A stretch of DNA of 64,000 bases from Blepharisma stoltei ATCC 30299 (lineage: Eukaryota > Protista > Ciliophora). This document shows, in pieces, positions 11,671-24,455 of this stretch. The notes beneath the pieces are model-generated. The model had not been told where the DNA came from, made no database searches, and saw only the letters and a program-made list of their open reading frames with translations. Where the stretch lies: positions 186,001 to 250,000 of the forward strand of contig CBFDEM010000051.1 of the NCBI GenBank assembly GCA_965603825.1. The letters are read 5' to 3'. A program made the translations under genes and the position numbers. How positions within the stretch are numbered: the first letter of the stretch is position 1; each line of letters begins with the position of its first letter.

Positions 11671-13038
11671 ATGTCAAGAGTTAAAAAACCTTCAGAAAAT
11701 TTATCAATTGAAACTCAAAGCCAAAATATCCTCAACAAAGTCCACCATAGGCACTCTCTATCTAATCCTAATTCACGAAGTCCCTTATCAAATAGCCAAC
11801 AGCAATCGAAAATAAAATTTTCAAATATCCTAACAAGCAAGCATCAATTTCTTAATAGAGAGTCTTCTCCCTACGCCCAAAGCCAATCTATTACCAAAAC
11901 CTACTCAATCTCCAACATTCACAAAAAAAAAGAAAAAACCCGAATTAAGATGAAATCAGCGTCAACTTTGAGTTCAAATAATTCTTCAGCACAATTAGGT
12001 AAACCTACTTTGAAGCCGATTCGTAATGAGAATCCATTAGAAACGACATTCCCAAACTTCAGCTTTTATGATGATTGGAAAGAAAAAAATAGAGGAAAGC
12101 ATGCGTCAGCTGATATGAGTCTCAATGTTACGAATTGTATTAATTTGGTGGATCAAAGTAAAGATCAGGACTCTAAAGATCCGCTGAGAGAGTATGCAAG
12201 GCAGAATGAAGAAGCTCAGGGGCTAGAATTCAAGCTTACTAAACTTCTAAGAGAAAAATCAGCAAAAACCGCATCTCCAAAAATGCAAAAAGAAGTTTTT
12301 GATGTATATAGCAAAATTTTCGAAGAAACAATCTCCAAAGACAAGCTGTTTGGTCCTTTGCTGTTAAAAATTCAGCATGCTTATGAAGATTGAATAGAAT
12401 CCGCAAGCAATGACTTTAAAGAAGCCTCAAACAATCTTAAGTTTGAACTCTCCGAATTAAGCAAAAAATGTCAGCAGCAAAGTGAAGATAAAAAAACAAT
12501 GGACCGAAAAATCGAAAAATTATCAAAAGAAAACTATGAATTAAGCAAAACTCTAGAAGAACAAGAAGCCAGATACACAGATTTACAAGACAAGTTTTTT
12601 AAAATTGCTAATATAAAGCTAGATCAAGTGCCTCAAGATGACAGTACGTGAAAATATTTAATTGCCGAAAACCAGAACTATGCAAGTGTTTGTGAAAAAA
12701 TGAGAAATGAGCTGAAATCTTTTGCATATAAAGAAAAAAAACTGCTGAAGCTTATTTTAGCTATGAAGAAAAGAGGCTACCCAGTAGAAGAAATATATGA
12801 ACAAGAAGTCCGAGGACACTCTAAGAAGAAAAAAGATTATGAATACAATGAGTCTGATGAGTGCCCTGATGACACAGAAAATGAGCAACTTGTATCAGGA
12901 AGGCCAAAAGATGTAGAAAAGCCTGGCATGATTCCAAGCTTGAATTTGAAAGAAATAAAGCAAGAAACACCTTATTCATCTTCTTCATCGTCTAGTTATT
13001 ACTCAGACAGTGAGTCACGATTTATGAAGACTCAATAG
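11671..13038 (+). CDS. Coiled-coil protein with a TSNAXIP1_N/C6orf118-like segment
   Basis: Two TGA=Trp join ORFs 11671..12393 and 12700..13038; 'FDVYSKIFEE..FGPLLLKIQHAYE' resembles TSNAXIP1_N; ends TAG. Confidence 0.7.
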
Positions 13039-13044
13039 ATTAAT

Positions 13045-14196
13045 TTAACTTGTAGGTGTAACCTTATAAATCTTGATCCCATGAGGCGGTATCCCAGTTG
13101 CTGCAATGAAATTCCCACTCGTGGTAGTCTTATCCCACAACTCATAAATTGTAGCATTACCAGTAATAGCGATATCCCTCAAATTTAAATGATAATTCCT
13201 CTTCAAAACGCTCCAATTCATAAGTGCAACCACTTGGCTGCCTCCAGACAGCTGCCCAGCCCATACTTGTACATCGACCCCAGTAAGGTAATTTTGATAG
13301 TCACAAGCCAGTCTGCAAGTTGCCTGAATTCCTAATGGATCTTGATTAATCGCAATTACATCAGAATTTCCCAAAATATATAAGGTCTCGTTAGACATTT
13401 GAGTCAAATCACACCCAATAATAAGTGGCGCTTTGGATAAAGCCCAAAGCGAAAAGTGGCTTTTGTATTCTTCAAAATTCATGCCTCCGTTTCCTACTTC
13501 TAGCATATCAGGGTCATTCCAGCCTCCAGGTCCTGCATATTGTGAGTGCATGGAATTTAAATAGAAATTAAGCATCATACTCTGCCATACATCCTTGATA
13601 TCTTGAGTTGTTCGCCAGCTGTTTCCTGTGATGTTTCCCCATGTCCAGACATCGCCCTCTCCCCAGTCACATATAGAATAGAAAATTGACCTGCCGCATT
13701 GAGATAGGGCGACTCTCATATCTGTATATCGCACTTTTGGAGGGACATTTTGGTTGTTGCAATTGTCATATTTTAAGTAATCAATTTCCCAAGACGCAAA
13801 AGAATTTGCATCAGTTTGTTCATTATCTAGTGAGCCAGGCTGCCCTTGACATGTATTGGTTCCAGCGTCTGAATAAATTCCAAGCTTCAAGCCTAAAGAA
13901 TGGACATAGTTAGCAACTCCAGAAATTCCTTGTGGGAACTTGGTTGGATCTGGGACTAGTTGGTCGTTCGCGTTTCTTTGGTGAAGAGCCCAACAGTCAT
14001 CAATGTTTATATATTGATAACCTTTTGCGCTGAGACCTGAAGAAACCATTGCACTTGCTGCAGAAGTAATGACTGTTGCGTTTATGTTACAAGCGAAGTG
14101 GTTTCATGTAGACCAGCCCATTTGAGGGGTTTTCCCAAGCCCATTGTTCAATGCAAAAGCAGAAGACAGTATAAGGAGAAGAAAAGAAAGTCCCAT
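13045..14196 (-). CDS. Alpha-galactosidase, glycoside hydrolase family 27, with signal peptide
   Basis: ATG 14196; 'LNNGLGKTPQMGWST(W)NHF', 'INIDDCW', 'YLKYDNC', 'WNDPDMLEVGN'. Confidence 0.95.
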
Positions 14197-14400
14197 TTAT
14201 AAGACTTAATTATTGTGATTAATTTGCCTTGTTTTGGGTGAAATTTATATACTTTTATTGAATATCTATAAATAGATATTAGAAAGTTAGTGATTTTTAA
14301 AGTAAAAATGCGGAGAAAACTGCTTATTATTGGTAAAAAAAAATTTTAAAGCAGTGTAATATCCTATTTCAATACATGTAAGACTATAATATTTTACTTA

Positions 14401-14694
14401 ATGGAAGAGGAAAAATTAAATAGACTGCTAGTTGAAAAGGATGCCAAAATAAGCGAAATGGCTAAAAAACTTGATGAGCAGCTTAAAATAATGGAAATAT
14501 TGAGCCAGAGACTGCAGCAAGATGAATTAGAAAACCAAAGATTAATGAAAAAGTACCTGAAAAAAGACGAACAACTAAAGCAAGAAAAAAGTGACAAAAA
14601 GATTTTGATAGGAAGAGAAAAAGAGCTGACCAAGCAAGAAGGAGACCAAGGCTGATTTGGGAAGATTAAAGGCTTGATACTGAAGAATATCTAA
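14401..14694 (+). CDS. Small coiled-coil protein, ~97 aa
   Basis: ORF 14401..14655 extended through TGA to TAA at 14692-14694 (C-terminus 'QGWFGKIKGLILKNI'). Confidence 0.65.
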
Positions 14695-14915
14695 TTCTGT
14701 GCAAGTCTACACTTCTTGTCAGATACAAAAGGATAAATATTTAATTTCTAGCTCTTAAAACTTGTAGAATGTTAACTGAATTCTATTATTAACTGCTCTT
14801 AAAGATACCACACATGAAAATTAAAATAAAAACGTATTTAGGAATTGGCTTCTTACTAAAAATTTAAATTATTTCCTTCACTAAATAATAATTATTAGCT
14901 ATATTTTCACCTAAA

Positions 14916-17900
14916 TTATTGGACCCTCAAATACGGGATTCCATACTGCACAATTCCATACTTCATCAATATATTCGCTGCATCATTCCTATACCTAAAC
15001 ATGGCTCCGCCCACACTTTGGTTACTAGTCAGCCCTTTCCACAGCCCTGCTGCAAACTCCACCGCATTTTTGCTCAAAATTGGCCAAGTATTATTAACTA
15101 TACTCGCGCAGCCTATCATTGAAAACAGCTCTGGCATAGGATGCTCCCTTGCTTTATTTTTCTTCATATACTTTTTCAGCATAATAAACCTTTCTAGGTT
15201 TACTATACACCTGCAGCATGGAGAAGAGCTTAAAGAAGTGACTGTTTGTTCCTCAATTCCTTCAGAAATCAAATTAAAAAACAATGAGGACTCTGAGCAC
15301 AGTTTTTCCCACTGTCCTGGGTCAGCTTGTCTTATGCCTTCAAATTTGGCAGTCGTGAAATCTTGGGCCAGCTTGTCAGATATTTCTTTGGTTTTGGGGT
15401 CTTGGAGCCTTTCTATTGCAAATTTGAGGGTATCTTTGGTGAAGTTAGAGGTGGTGGCTAGTCTGGAATCGAGGGTTATTAAAGAAAAATCACGAGAAAT
15501 AATAGGGATTACTGAGAGGAATGGCAAAGTTTCCCAAGGGAGATTGATAAAGCGATGGTCAATGCACAGATAAAGAGTAGAAATTCCTGATGAAGGCAGA
15601 GGAAGTCCTGCGTCCACATTTTTATCTTCAGCTGCTTTGCCTTTAGGAGGTGGAGGAGCTTTTTTCTTTGGGTTTTCTTCAACAGGTTCAACTGGCATAG
15701 ATGGGCTAATTATCTCTTGTAAAGCTTCCAGCCACACCCCAATGCTCCCTACATCAGAAATAATTTCTTCAAGTTTCCTAATCCCTTCTCTTATCAAAGC
15801 TTCTACAGCTTCTTCATCATTTACTGGAGTTTTCTGCAGATAATTTTTCATCGCTTTGAATTTTTCCAATAATTCCAATGTTTTTTCCTGCTCGATATTA
15901 TCGACTTTTCTTGACCTTGCCCAGTATTTTGCGTTTTTTTCTTTATCAGTGCACATAAACCCAGCCCAAACATCAGCTAAATCTTGCGAGTACTGCAAAA
16001 CAAGGACTGCTGAGTTCGGCGCCATCCTTTCTTTCATTTCTTCTAATGTAGGGTGCCAATTAAGATTTCTTCATATAGAGGAGCCTTCTAAGAAACTTTC
16101 TGTAGATAAAGGGCCTGGCATGATACTTTTTTGGATAGTGTTTGACAGTAATAAAGAAAGCATCAGTCTGTCTTTGTGATAAGGCTTACTAGAGTCTAAA
16201 AATAGCTTTAAAAAGTGTTGGCGGACGTAGGAGAATTGAAGGTAAGCTATTGTGGAAAACATCTCTTGGTCTGTAGAAGAAATAAGAAGTTTTGAAAGCT
16301 GAAGCTTAGAGAGACTGTTGGAAAAGATTATAGAGAAAACTGAGTTCATGTTTGGAAATTGTGGAGGAGTGCCGTTATAGATTTGGATAAGTGACATAGC
16401 TGTTTGAATTAATCCATAAGCAGGATATGAAGGGTTGACTGAGCTTTCAGCCATTTGTATATATCTCATCGCTTTCTCTAAGCCGGTTTCAGTTTTTCTG
16501 TTTTCGTCTTCTATCTGCCTATCCAGCTCATCCAAATACTTGCTCACAATATTTTCATAAACACACCTGCCTGTTAGCTCTCTCCTCAAATGTTCTTCCA
16601 TCAATCCCAGCTCTCCCAGCCTCAAATCAATAATCCCATAAAGCCCTTTGGCTTCGCCTCTAACTTCACTATCCAAATCAAACAGATCTCCACACGTGGA
16701 GCTGCAGGACCCTAAAATTCTCCTCAAATCTAACAGTTTAGCAGTCCTTTTTGTCAGTCTGTCTTTAGTTAAGTCACTTAAAAGTTTGCCTGCTACATAA
16801 TAAACTTGAGAATCATAGACTTCTAGGTATGCATATAAATGCTGAGCTGTGACACCATGCATTTTGGCGTGGTAAAGGAACTGCTCAATGGAGCTTGTGA
16901 AGGTTTCTCTGAGTCTTTCTTTTTCTTCTTTAGTAATAGCAGGGTTTTTAGCTTGTATTAAAGAAAGATGGGCGAGCTTTATGTGGATAGAAATTTTTAT
17001 CCATATAAAAGTAAGAGAATTGCCTGTGATGGGCTGAATGGATTCTAAAGAGGAAATAAGCATGTTTTGGGCGTCGTGAATTTTATTGAGAGAAATGAGG
17101 TGGGTAGCGATTTCTGAAATTGTGCTCAAACTTTCGACTGTTTTGGATTTTAATGCTTTTTGGTGCAGTTTCATAGCTTCTTTGGCTTTGCCTTGGATAA
17201 AAGCAATGTTAGCTAGCAATGCAACTGCTTTTGTTGATTGGCTAGGCTTTAAAACAGACTCTGCTTCTAGCCATTCTTCTCTTTTATACATCTCTTCACC
17301 AAGATTATCCCTTTCTGTGTCGTTCAATTTGTCATAACTAAAGCTGATTTTTTCTTTATCAATTCCAAGCTTTCGATAAACGCGGTTTCTCCATGATTTA
17401 TAAATATCTTCACTGATTGGGCTTTTAAGTACAATTTTTGAATAGATCCTCATAAAAGTCAAAATCACCACACACTCATGATGATACAAATAAATTTCTT
17501 CTAGTCAATAAGCCATCAATCTTAAAAAATAATGCGTCAGATTTGGTTTATCGAACGCAAAGCTGCAGAACTTGTCCCTCGTTTCTTCCTTAGCAAGCTC
17601 CTGCAACGTTTCTTCAGGAATTTCATAGCTCAGCCATTCTTGCTTATTCCTCGACATTGGCCCAGTAACACTTTCCAAAATCCTTTTAATCCACGTAAAA
17701 GATTGTAATAAATAATGCTTTCTCCTATGCGAGTTCTGCGCGAGCTCAGCAAGCATCATATAAATCCTAACGAGCCTCTCATAATGTGTGATATTCAATT
17801 TATCAGGGTTTCCTTCAACCTCATCATGAGAAGTAAGCTTAGATCTAGAGGTCTTCTGATGCAGATTTGATTGGGATTTTAAGCTTTTTCCGCTCATTTT

Positions 17901-20900
17901 TGAGCTTAGCCGTGAGCTACTGTAGCTGCTTAAGCTTGCGTTGTCTTCAAAAGTTTCTTTTTCGATTTCCAACAATATGTCAGCTGCATTTGTAAGCTTA
18001 TCATTTACGTCAAACCCACGGCTGTGGAGCCAAGTTGATCATTCTATTAAGATTTCAGAGCTTTCTACGTGGCCTTTAAGCAAATCTGCAGCTTTTTTGT
18101 AGGCATTGTCTATATCATTTGGCTGTATTGACGACCTGGCTAGCTTTACCCAAATTTTAGCCTGCATAAGTGGCTCGCTTTCTTTCATCCTCAGCAGATA
18201 ATTCATGACGTTTTTGCCTTGCTTTGATAAAAACAGCATTTGGGCTTCCCAAAGCCACTTTTGATGGGACGTTGGGGTGATTTGGAAGGCATCTTCTACA
18301 ATTCTTTCTCCTTGATTTCATTGTTCAGCCTTTGTTAAAGCTTCTATTAAACTTTGATAAAACAGCAGCAAAAAATCAGGGTCAGAGCTGTCATTTAGGT
18401 CTACTAAAAATTCAGCCATTTTGGATAGAGGCTGTATAAGTGCTTCATTTCCATAATCACCTGTGTATTTACAGATCAACTTTTTCTCATTTCCAGGGAT
18501 AAGTAGAGAAGTATTGAAGCAAGCTCTTCCTGCATCTAAAACCAGCTTATTTATGCCAGTTTGGAGCCCAATCCTTGCAGACTCTACAAAATGGGTAAGT
18601 GCTGAAGTAATTAAAGCCATTTGTGACTCTTTTTCTTGCTTTTTTTCGTCTATCAATTTTATGAGGATTTCTCCATATAGAAATTCAGATACCGAGTACC
18701 AGCAAAGTCGTTTCTTGCAAGGGGTTCCTTTTTCTTTAAAATTAAGCGACCTTTGTGCACATAGCAAGGCAAGCTTATTAATGTCATTCAATTCAAAGCT
18801 CTGTCTGCCTAGCCTTGCCCAGATTTCGCAATGGACTACAAGCTCGTTTTCATCATTTTCTGACGGCACCCATCCTGTTAAAACAGTATTCGCTTTTTTT
18901 AATGCTTCTATACAAAGGCTTTTTTTCCCTGGCTCTCTTTTCATAGCTCTCGCGCTCTCCATAAGTGACAAAACTTCTGCAGTAGGAGATTCAGCTGCTA
19001 CTTGGCCTTTTGCAGGAGCTTTTGGTTGAGAAATCCCTTTAGAAGCTAATGATGTCCCTTTTAGCTTTTCCAGCTCTTTTCTATAGTGTGGGCCTATAGG
19101 TTTAGTCAATAAAGTATCACAATCTTTAATAGATTCATCATGAAGGTTATTGTGGATTAACAGCTTTATAAGAGATATAGCGACCTCTGATATAATACGA
19201 AGCTTGCTTTGGTAATTAAAATCGACTGTTTTATTGAAAGGGACTAACACCCCAGGGACATTTACAAGGGCCTGCTTTTCTAATTGAGAAGCAAGGGTTT
19301 CGAAAAGATAGCGAAGACAGTCTAAAGCTTCATTAAAAATATGCTTTTCAAATGAAGAAAACCTGAAAACAGGGATATAAATGTTGTAGAAATAGACTGC
19401 GCCGTTAAAGCAGATTCAGGACTGAGAAATTGCAATGCCTAGCCTTACTCCATTCCTAGTATGCATCACTATTTGCCGCTTTAGCTCAACTGCTTCTTCT
19501 GGTTGATTGTTTGTTGCTAAAGATTCTGATGGTAAAGAGCCTACAGGTATTGACTGGGCAAATCCTGGCTCGAACCCTAACTCTTGAATTCTTCACGACT
19601 TGCATTGTGCTAGCACGAAATGGCAGCTGGCCTGAGTTGCTATAAGGTCTGCCTCTTTATTAACATCCCACTCTCTCGAAACTACAAAATCACTTGCCTG
19701 CCACGCAATTTCATAAAATTTTTCTTTCAACGCCAACTGTGCGACTTCTCCAGAGATAAGGTATCTTAATTTCAAGTCCTTATAGTCCTGATATCTTTTC
19801 AGTCTCAACTTTTCGTTTTTTTCTTCTTCTACAAGGTTAGGCTCCATTACAATTTCTACCTGTTCATCTGTCAGCAAATTTTGAACAGCTCTTCTTAATA
19901 AGTTTTCTTTAGCTCCTTTACTGTCAAGGTTTTTGGCATTTTCAAGGTCAAGTCAGGCTTGTTCAAAAAGTCGTTCAGGGTCTTTATATATATCCCTTTT
20001 AAGTTCTAATTTTTTCTTGAGAGGGTATAAAGCTCGTTCATAAGGCCTTTGCATAGACTTCTGGTCTTCAAACTCAGTAGTAGGGGCATTAAGTTTGAAA
20101 TTTGTGGCATCTAAAGAGTAAGCCTTAATGATTTGGCCTTCTGCTTTAGCAATGAAATCTTCTTGAAGCTCATATTTAGCAAGTTCCATATGCAGATTAA
20201 TTCTTAGCTCATGCAGAGGAGACTGCATCGCTTCTAAATACCCTACAGCTGTCTGAAATGGTTTATAAACATGAGCTCTTCCGCTACCAATTAGCAAAGG
20301 TTTTCCTATATTCCATATTAATACACATCCTTCTGTCGTAACTCCAGGGTCATTTAGCCTCTTATTAGCGATCATGGCTCTGTCTACAATTTTCAGTGCT
20401 TCTATCCTTTTATCTAATTCCTGCTGTTTTAGCTTGGCTAACGAAATTTTGGTGCCTGTTGCTTTATCAATCTGTTCAGAATTATCCTTAACCAGCAGCT
20501 CAGCTTGAGAATACTCAATTCAAATCCTCGCTCTTAAGCTAGGCTGCCTTACATTTTGTAATTGGTCTAAGCACTGTTTAGCCATATTAATCAAGTTATA
20601 TTGTAGGGCAGCTCTGGATAACTCAGCCAATGCTTCACTCCCAGGCTTATTTTGTAGCACTGCTGTCAGTTCTTTTTCTACTTGGTTATCTGGAAGTCCT
20701 CCTGACCTGATTTGTTGGAGCCCTACAAAGAATTTTAAGTCACTTTTGTTGGATTCTGCTTCTTTTTTAAGCGAGCCTACAGTTCCGGAGTTTTCTTTGT
20801 TCACGTGGACCTTCATCCTCCACAAGACTTCTTGGAAACTGACTGGGCCTTTTCTTTTGGTGATATCCCAGATTTTGTCAAGCATTTTTGAAGCGTCTGG

Positions 20901-21539
20901 CTTTCTTTCTGCATCTAAATAGCAGTTAGCTAAGGCCTGCATAAATCTGATCCTCCAGGCTGTATCTTGATCGTCTATTTCTTCTAATAGTGAACTGATT
21001 TTTTCAAAAGCGTCAATAAAGCTCTTTGAAATCCCAGCCAGCAGCATAGGTCTGAGGATTTTTCAAGCTGACACAGAAATATTGTAAACTAAAAATTGGT
21101 ATTTTGGCTTGTTTTCTGGCCTTATCACTATTTCAATAGCTTTTAAGACAAAAGAAAACGCAAGCTTCGCTTGATCAATTGCGTCCTGTCCTTTTAGAGA
21201 CTGAGTTTGGATTTTGAAGCTTTGAATTTCTGCAAATGCAAGTAACGCTCGGACATAAAATTGGTCCTGCATTCCTGAATATTGAAAATAGATATTTAAA
21301 TACCTTTCGACCACCTCATTGCGGTTTTCTATCAGCATTCCAACTTCGCTGAACAAAACAATGAGCTGTAAAGAAAATTTTTGAGGGATTATTCTTGTAT
21401 TTGACCTTAAAAGTAAATCTGCTTCATCAAAAGTGGCTCTTGCTTGATCTGGATATGTTTGGTCGCTTTCCCTGTTATTTCAAAAGTACTTAATAGTTTC
21501 AATAAGTGCCCGGATCTTATACTCTTCAGCGCTAGCCAT
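14916..21539 (-). CDS. CFAP46: Cilia- and flagella-associated protein 46 (TPR-rich central-apparatus protein), ~2207 aa
   Basis: Nine listed ORFs share one frame and are separated only by TGA; N-terminal 'QFYVRALL..KAIE..YQFLVYNISV..W..LRP' typical of CFAP46; C-terminal CHAT/separase-like region. Confidence 0.8.
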
Positions 21540-21832
21540 TTTATAAAAAGCTTTGGTTTTATCAATTTCAAAGAGAAATAAATGCCCTAAAATTTTAAAT
21601 AAATAAGCATGGCCGTCCAGCACTTCTTAGTCTGATCGATTCTTAATATATTAATTATTTATTCAGACCCGATATGGTTCTGATTTAAAAATTCTAGCCT
21701 TAGGTTAAAGAATTCTGATAAGTTCATCATGAGCCAGCCCAATGATAAAAATCTTATACATTTATAAAATTCGCCATATCAGAAGATTGGATATTTGAGT
21801 ATTTTTTAGAATTAATACAACATTAATTCAAT

Positions 21833-22597
21833 ATGAAGCACGAAAATAATGATGACAAAGAGACTCAGGACTCTATAAACCAGCAACAAGATCAGAACGT
21901 GGATTATAAAAGTATAATAATTCCTGATAATGTTTGGGTCGCCTGGCCAAATTATTCTTCTATGGATCCTAATTCAAATTTATTCGCCCTCAATCAGAAC
22001 TATATTCCTAGCTCAGAAAAAGAGTCCCAAGCGGCTGCTGGAAGTCAAGGAGGCAAGAAAAAGCGGGGGAGAAGGCCATTGCGTCCTTTTGATCCAATTA
22101 AGAAAAAGACTGAGGAAAAAGATAAGTACTGACTTCGATCATTTAGAAGCTATATGAAATTTAATTATCCAAATATTGAATCTACATTGACTGACGAAGA
22201 AAAAGATTTTTGGCTTGACCATTTAGGAGGAAATGGAAAGCCTGATAAGGGAAATCGATTTTTATCATATGGGAAAAAGTATAAGGACTATCTTTTTTCT
22301 CATCAAACTTTTGTTGAGCAATTTCAGAGCTGGTTCAGCAACTATGGTCAATGTGAGCTAGTAAAAAAATGTAAGCCTGAAACTGATCTGTGGTTCGTAT
22401 ACTATGATTATGCGTCAAAAGAGCTTTATAATTACACTCCACAAAAGGAAAAAATACCAGAGCAACAGTTAAGTGAAGTAGAAAATATTGAGAAGACCCA
22501 AGAGCAAATTCTGGAAGAAATGATGCGGTTTTATATGTCGATGGGATGGGCATATGCAAATTTTCCATTAGAAAACCAAAATAAAAAAATGTTGTAA
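21833..22597 (+). CDS. Uncharacterised protein with a basic 'KKKRGRRP' motif (possibly nuclear/DNA-binding)
   Basis: ORFs joined by TGA at 22130 ('KDKY(W)LRSF'); ends TAA. Confidence 0.8.
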
Positions 22598-23489
22598 TAG
22601 GATTTTGCGACTTTAAGTTAAAATATTCTAGAATAATTATTCAGCTAAATTAATATAGAAATAATTAATTAATTTTTTGCCAGAAGCTGTGCTTGAAATG
22701 TGCTATGATTTCGTTCTTTCGTTATCAAATTTTTGCCTTCATTGAACGTAATTTAAATATGGCAACAGACGAATAGATTTTTATTTGTTAAAGCAAATCA
22801 CTTTATTCCAATATGGTAATAATATTGGTTTATTTCATTAATATTAAAAGTTTAAATTATTGTTGATAATTACGATATAGACCTCTAATAAAAGATTTAG
22901 ATCATGAACAATTCCTGATTAAGAGAAATTTAATAAAATAAAAACTTTAGGAAATTTCTGTATTCTCATCAGAAAAAATTATTTAAATAAGTAAAATCAT
23001 TTTAGCCTTAGAAGGATTAAAATTTTTATGTTTTAATAATTATAGCTTTAAAATTTGATAGAAGCTTGAGTTTAAATTGATATCGTGCTTGCTTGACTTT
23101 TCGATTAATCAATTTCAAAGCGCGCTAAAAACGACTTTGAAATAAATTCAGCAGTTTTGCTATGCTATATGCTTTATTGATATTTCAATAATTCAAAAAT
23201 ATTTTATTCTTCTGATTGCACTGAAGCTTAAATTATTTAAACAAGAACTTTATATAAACTAATTTATTAAATTATCATAATAAGAAATTAAGCTGATTAT
23301 AACCAAATTTTATTACATTTCATAAAATCAAAATAAATATATGGAGAGCAAATTGAATTTTCATATCATGTCAAATCACTTTTTGACGAATTTTCGAAGG
23401 GGTGCAGATTTTATTATTTTTGATACATATTTTTTATCTTCCCAGCTAGGGTTTGTGGCAATAAACATAATCCATTCTTTATAATAATT

Positions 23490-24236
23490 ATGGGGAAAAT
23501 TGATGATCTCTCAAGCCTCTCTAAGGGTGAACTTCTTCAGCTAGCAAAACTTGCTGAGCATGCAGAGCGCTACGAAGAAATGGTTGAATTCATCAGAGCC
23601 TATGTCCAAAAAGACCGATCAGCGCTATCGACTGAAGACAGAAACCTCCTTTCAGCTGCCTACAAGAATCTCGTAGGAAATAGAAGAACTTCATGGAGAA
23701 TCCTGAACTCCATTGAGCAAAAAGAAACTAAACGTGGAAATGACGAAAACAAGCAAAGAGCTGCAGACTATAAGTTGAGAGTAGAAAATGAATTAAGAAG
23801 CTTCTGCAGAGAAATTCTCAGATTAATCGACACTGATTTGATCCCACAAGCAGCAGATGACGAGAGCAGAGTTTTTTACCTAAAAATGAAGGGAGATTAT
23901 TATAGGTACATCTGCGAATTCACTCTTGGACAAGCCAGGGATGAAAGCTCAAAGAATGCCTTGGAGTGCTACCAGCAAGCATTGACCCTTGCAGAGACAG
24001 GCTTAGATCCAACTCATCCAACCAAGCTTGGGCTTGCTTTGAACTTCTCAGTCTTTAAGTACGAAATTTTGCAAAACCCTAGTGAAGCTTGTGCAATGGC
24101 CAAGCAAGCTTTTGATGATGCAATTCCTAGCTTAGACGCTTTAACTGATGAAGCTGCTTATAAAGACGCAACAATGATTCTTCAACTTTTGAGAGATAAT
24201 TTGACTCTTTGGCAATCAGAAGAAGCCGAAAGCTAA
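23490..24236 (+). CDS. 14-3-3 protein
   Basis: 'RNLLSAAYKN', 'KMKGDYYRY', 'LGLALNFSVF', 'QLLRDNLTLW'. Confidence 0.98.
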   Translation: MGKIDDLSSLSKGELLQLAKLAEHAERYEEMVEFIRAYVQKDRSALSTEDRNLLSAAYKNLVGNRRTSWRILNSIEQKETKRGNDENKQRAADYKLRVENELRSFCREILRLIDTDLIPQAADDESRVFYLKMKGDYYRYICEFTLGQARDESSKNALECYQQALTLAETGLDPTHPTKLGLALNFSVFKYEILQNPSEACAMAKQAFDDAIPSLDALTDEAAYKDATMILQLLRDNLTLWQSEEAES

Positions 24237-24455
24237 AATTAACTCTTTAAATTCATTTAAGATCTTCTATTAGCATAAAATAAGCTCAAACTATTATTTT
24301 TGTAGAGTCATCTTACAAACTTCTGATAGTTAAAATTTAAATTATCTGATCTTCTCACTTGAAATTTCTCTCCTTAAAGCTAATTGCTTATATAATTTGC
24401 TGATGAATTTTTTGCGCTATTATCTTATCTTTATTTAAGTAAAAATTATGTAGGC

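Noticed and set aside
15001-19029. Long antisense ORFs (e.g. 15001..15573, 18463..19029; also 60990..61499)
   Set aside because: They are F/S/L-rich mirror frames of K/E-rich genes with no recognisable motifs
14916-21539. Fragmented ORFs as pseudogenes or as many small genes
   Set aside because: The pieces share one frame and are separated only by TGA; reading Trp gives intact proteins
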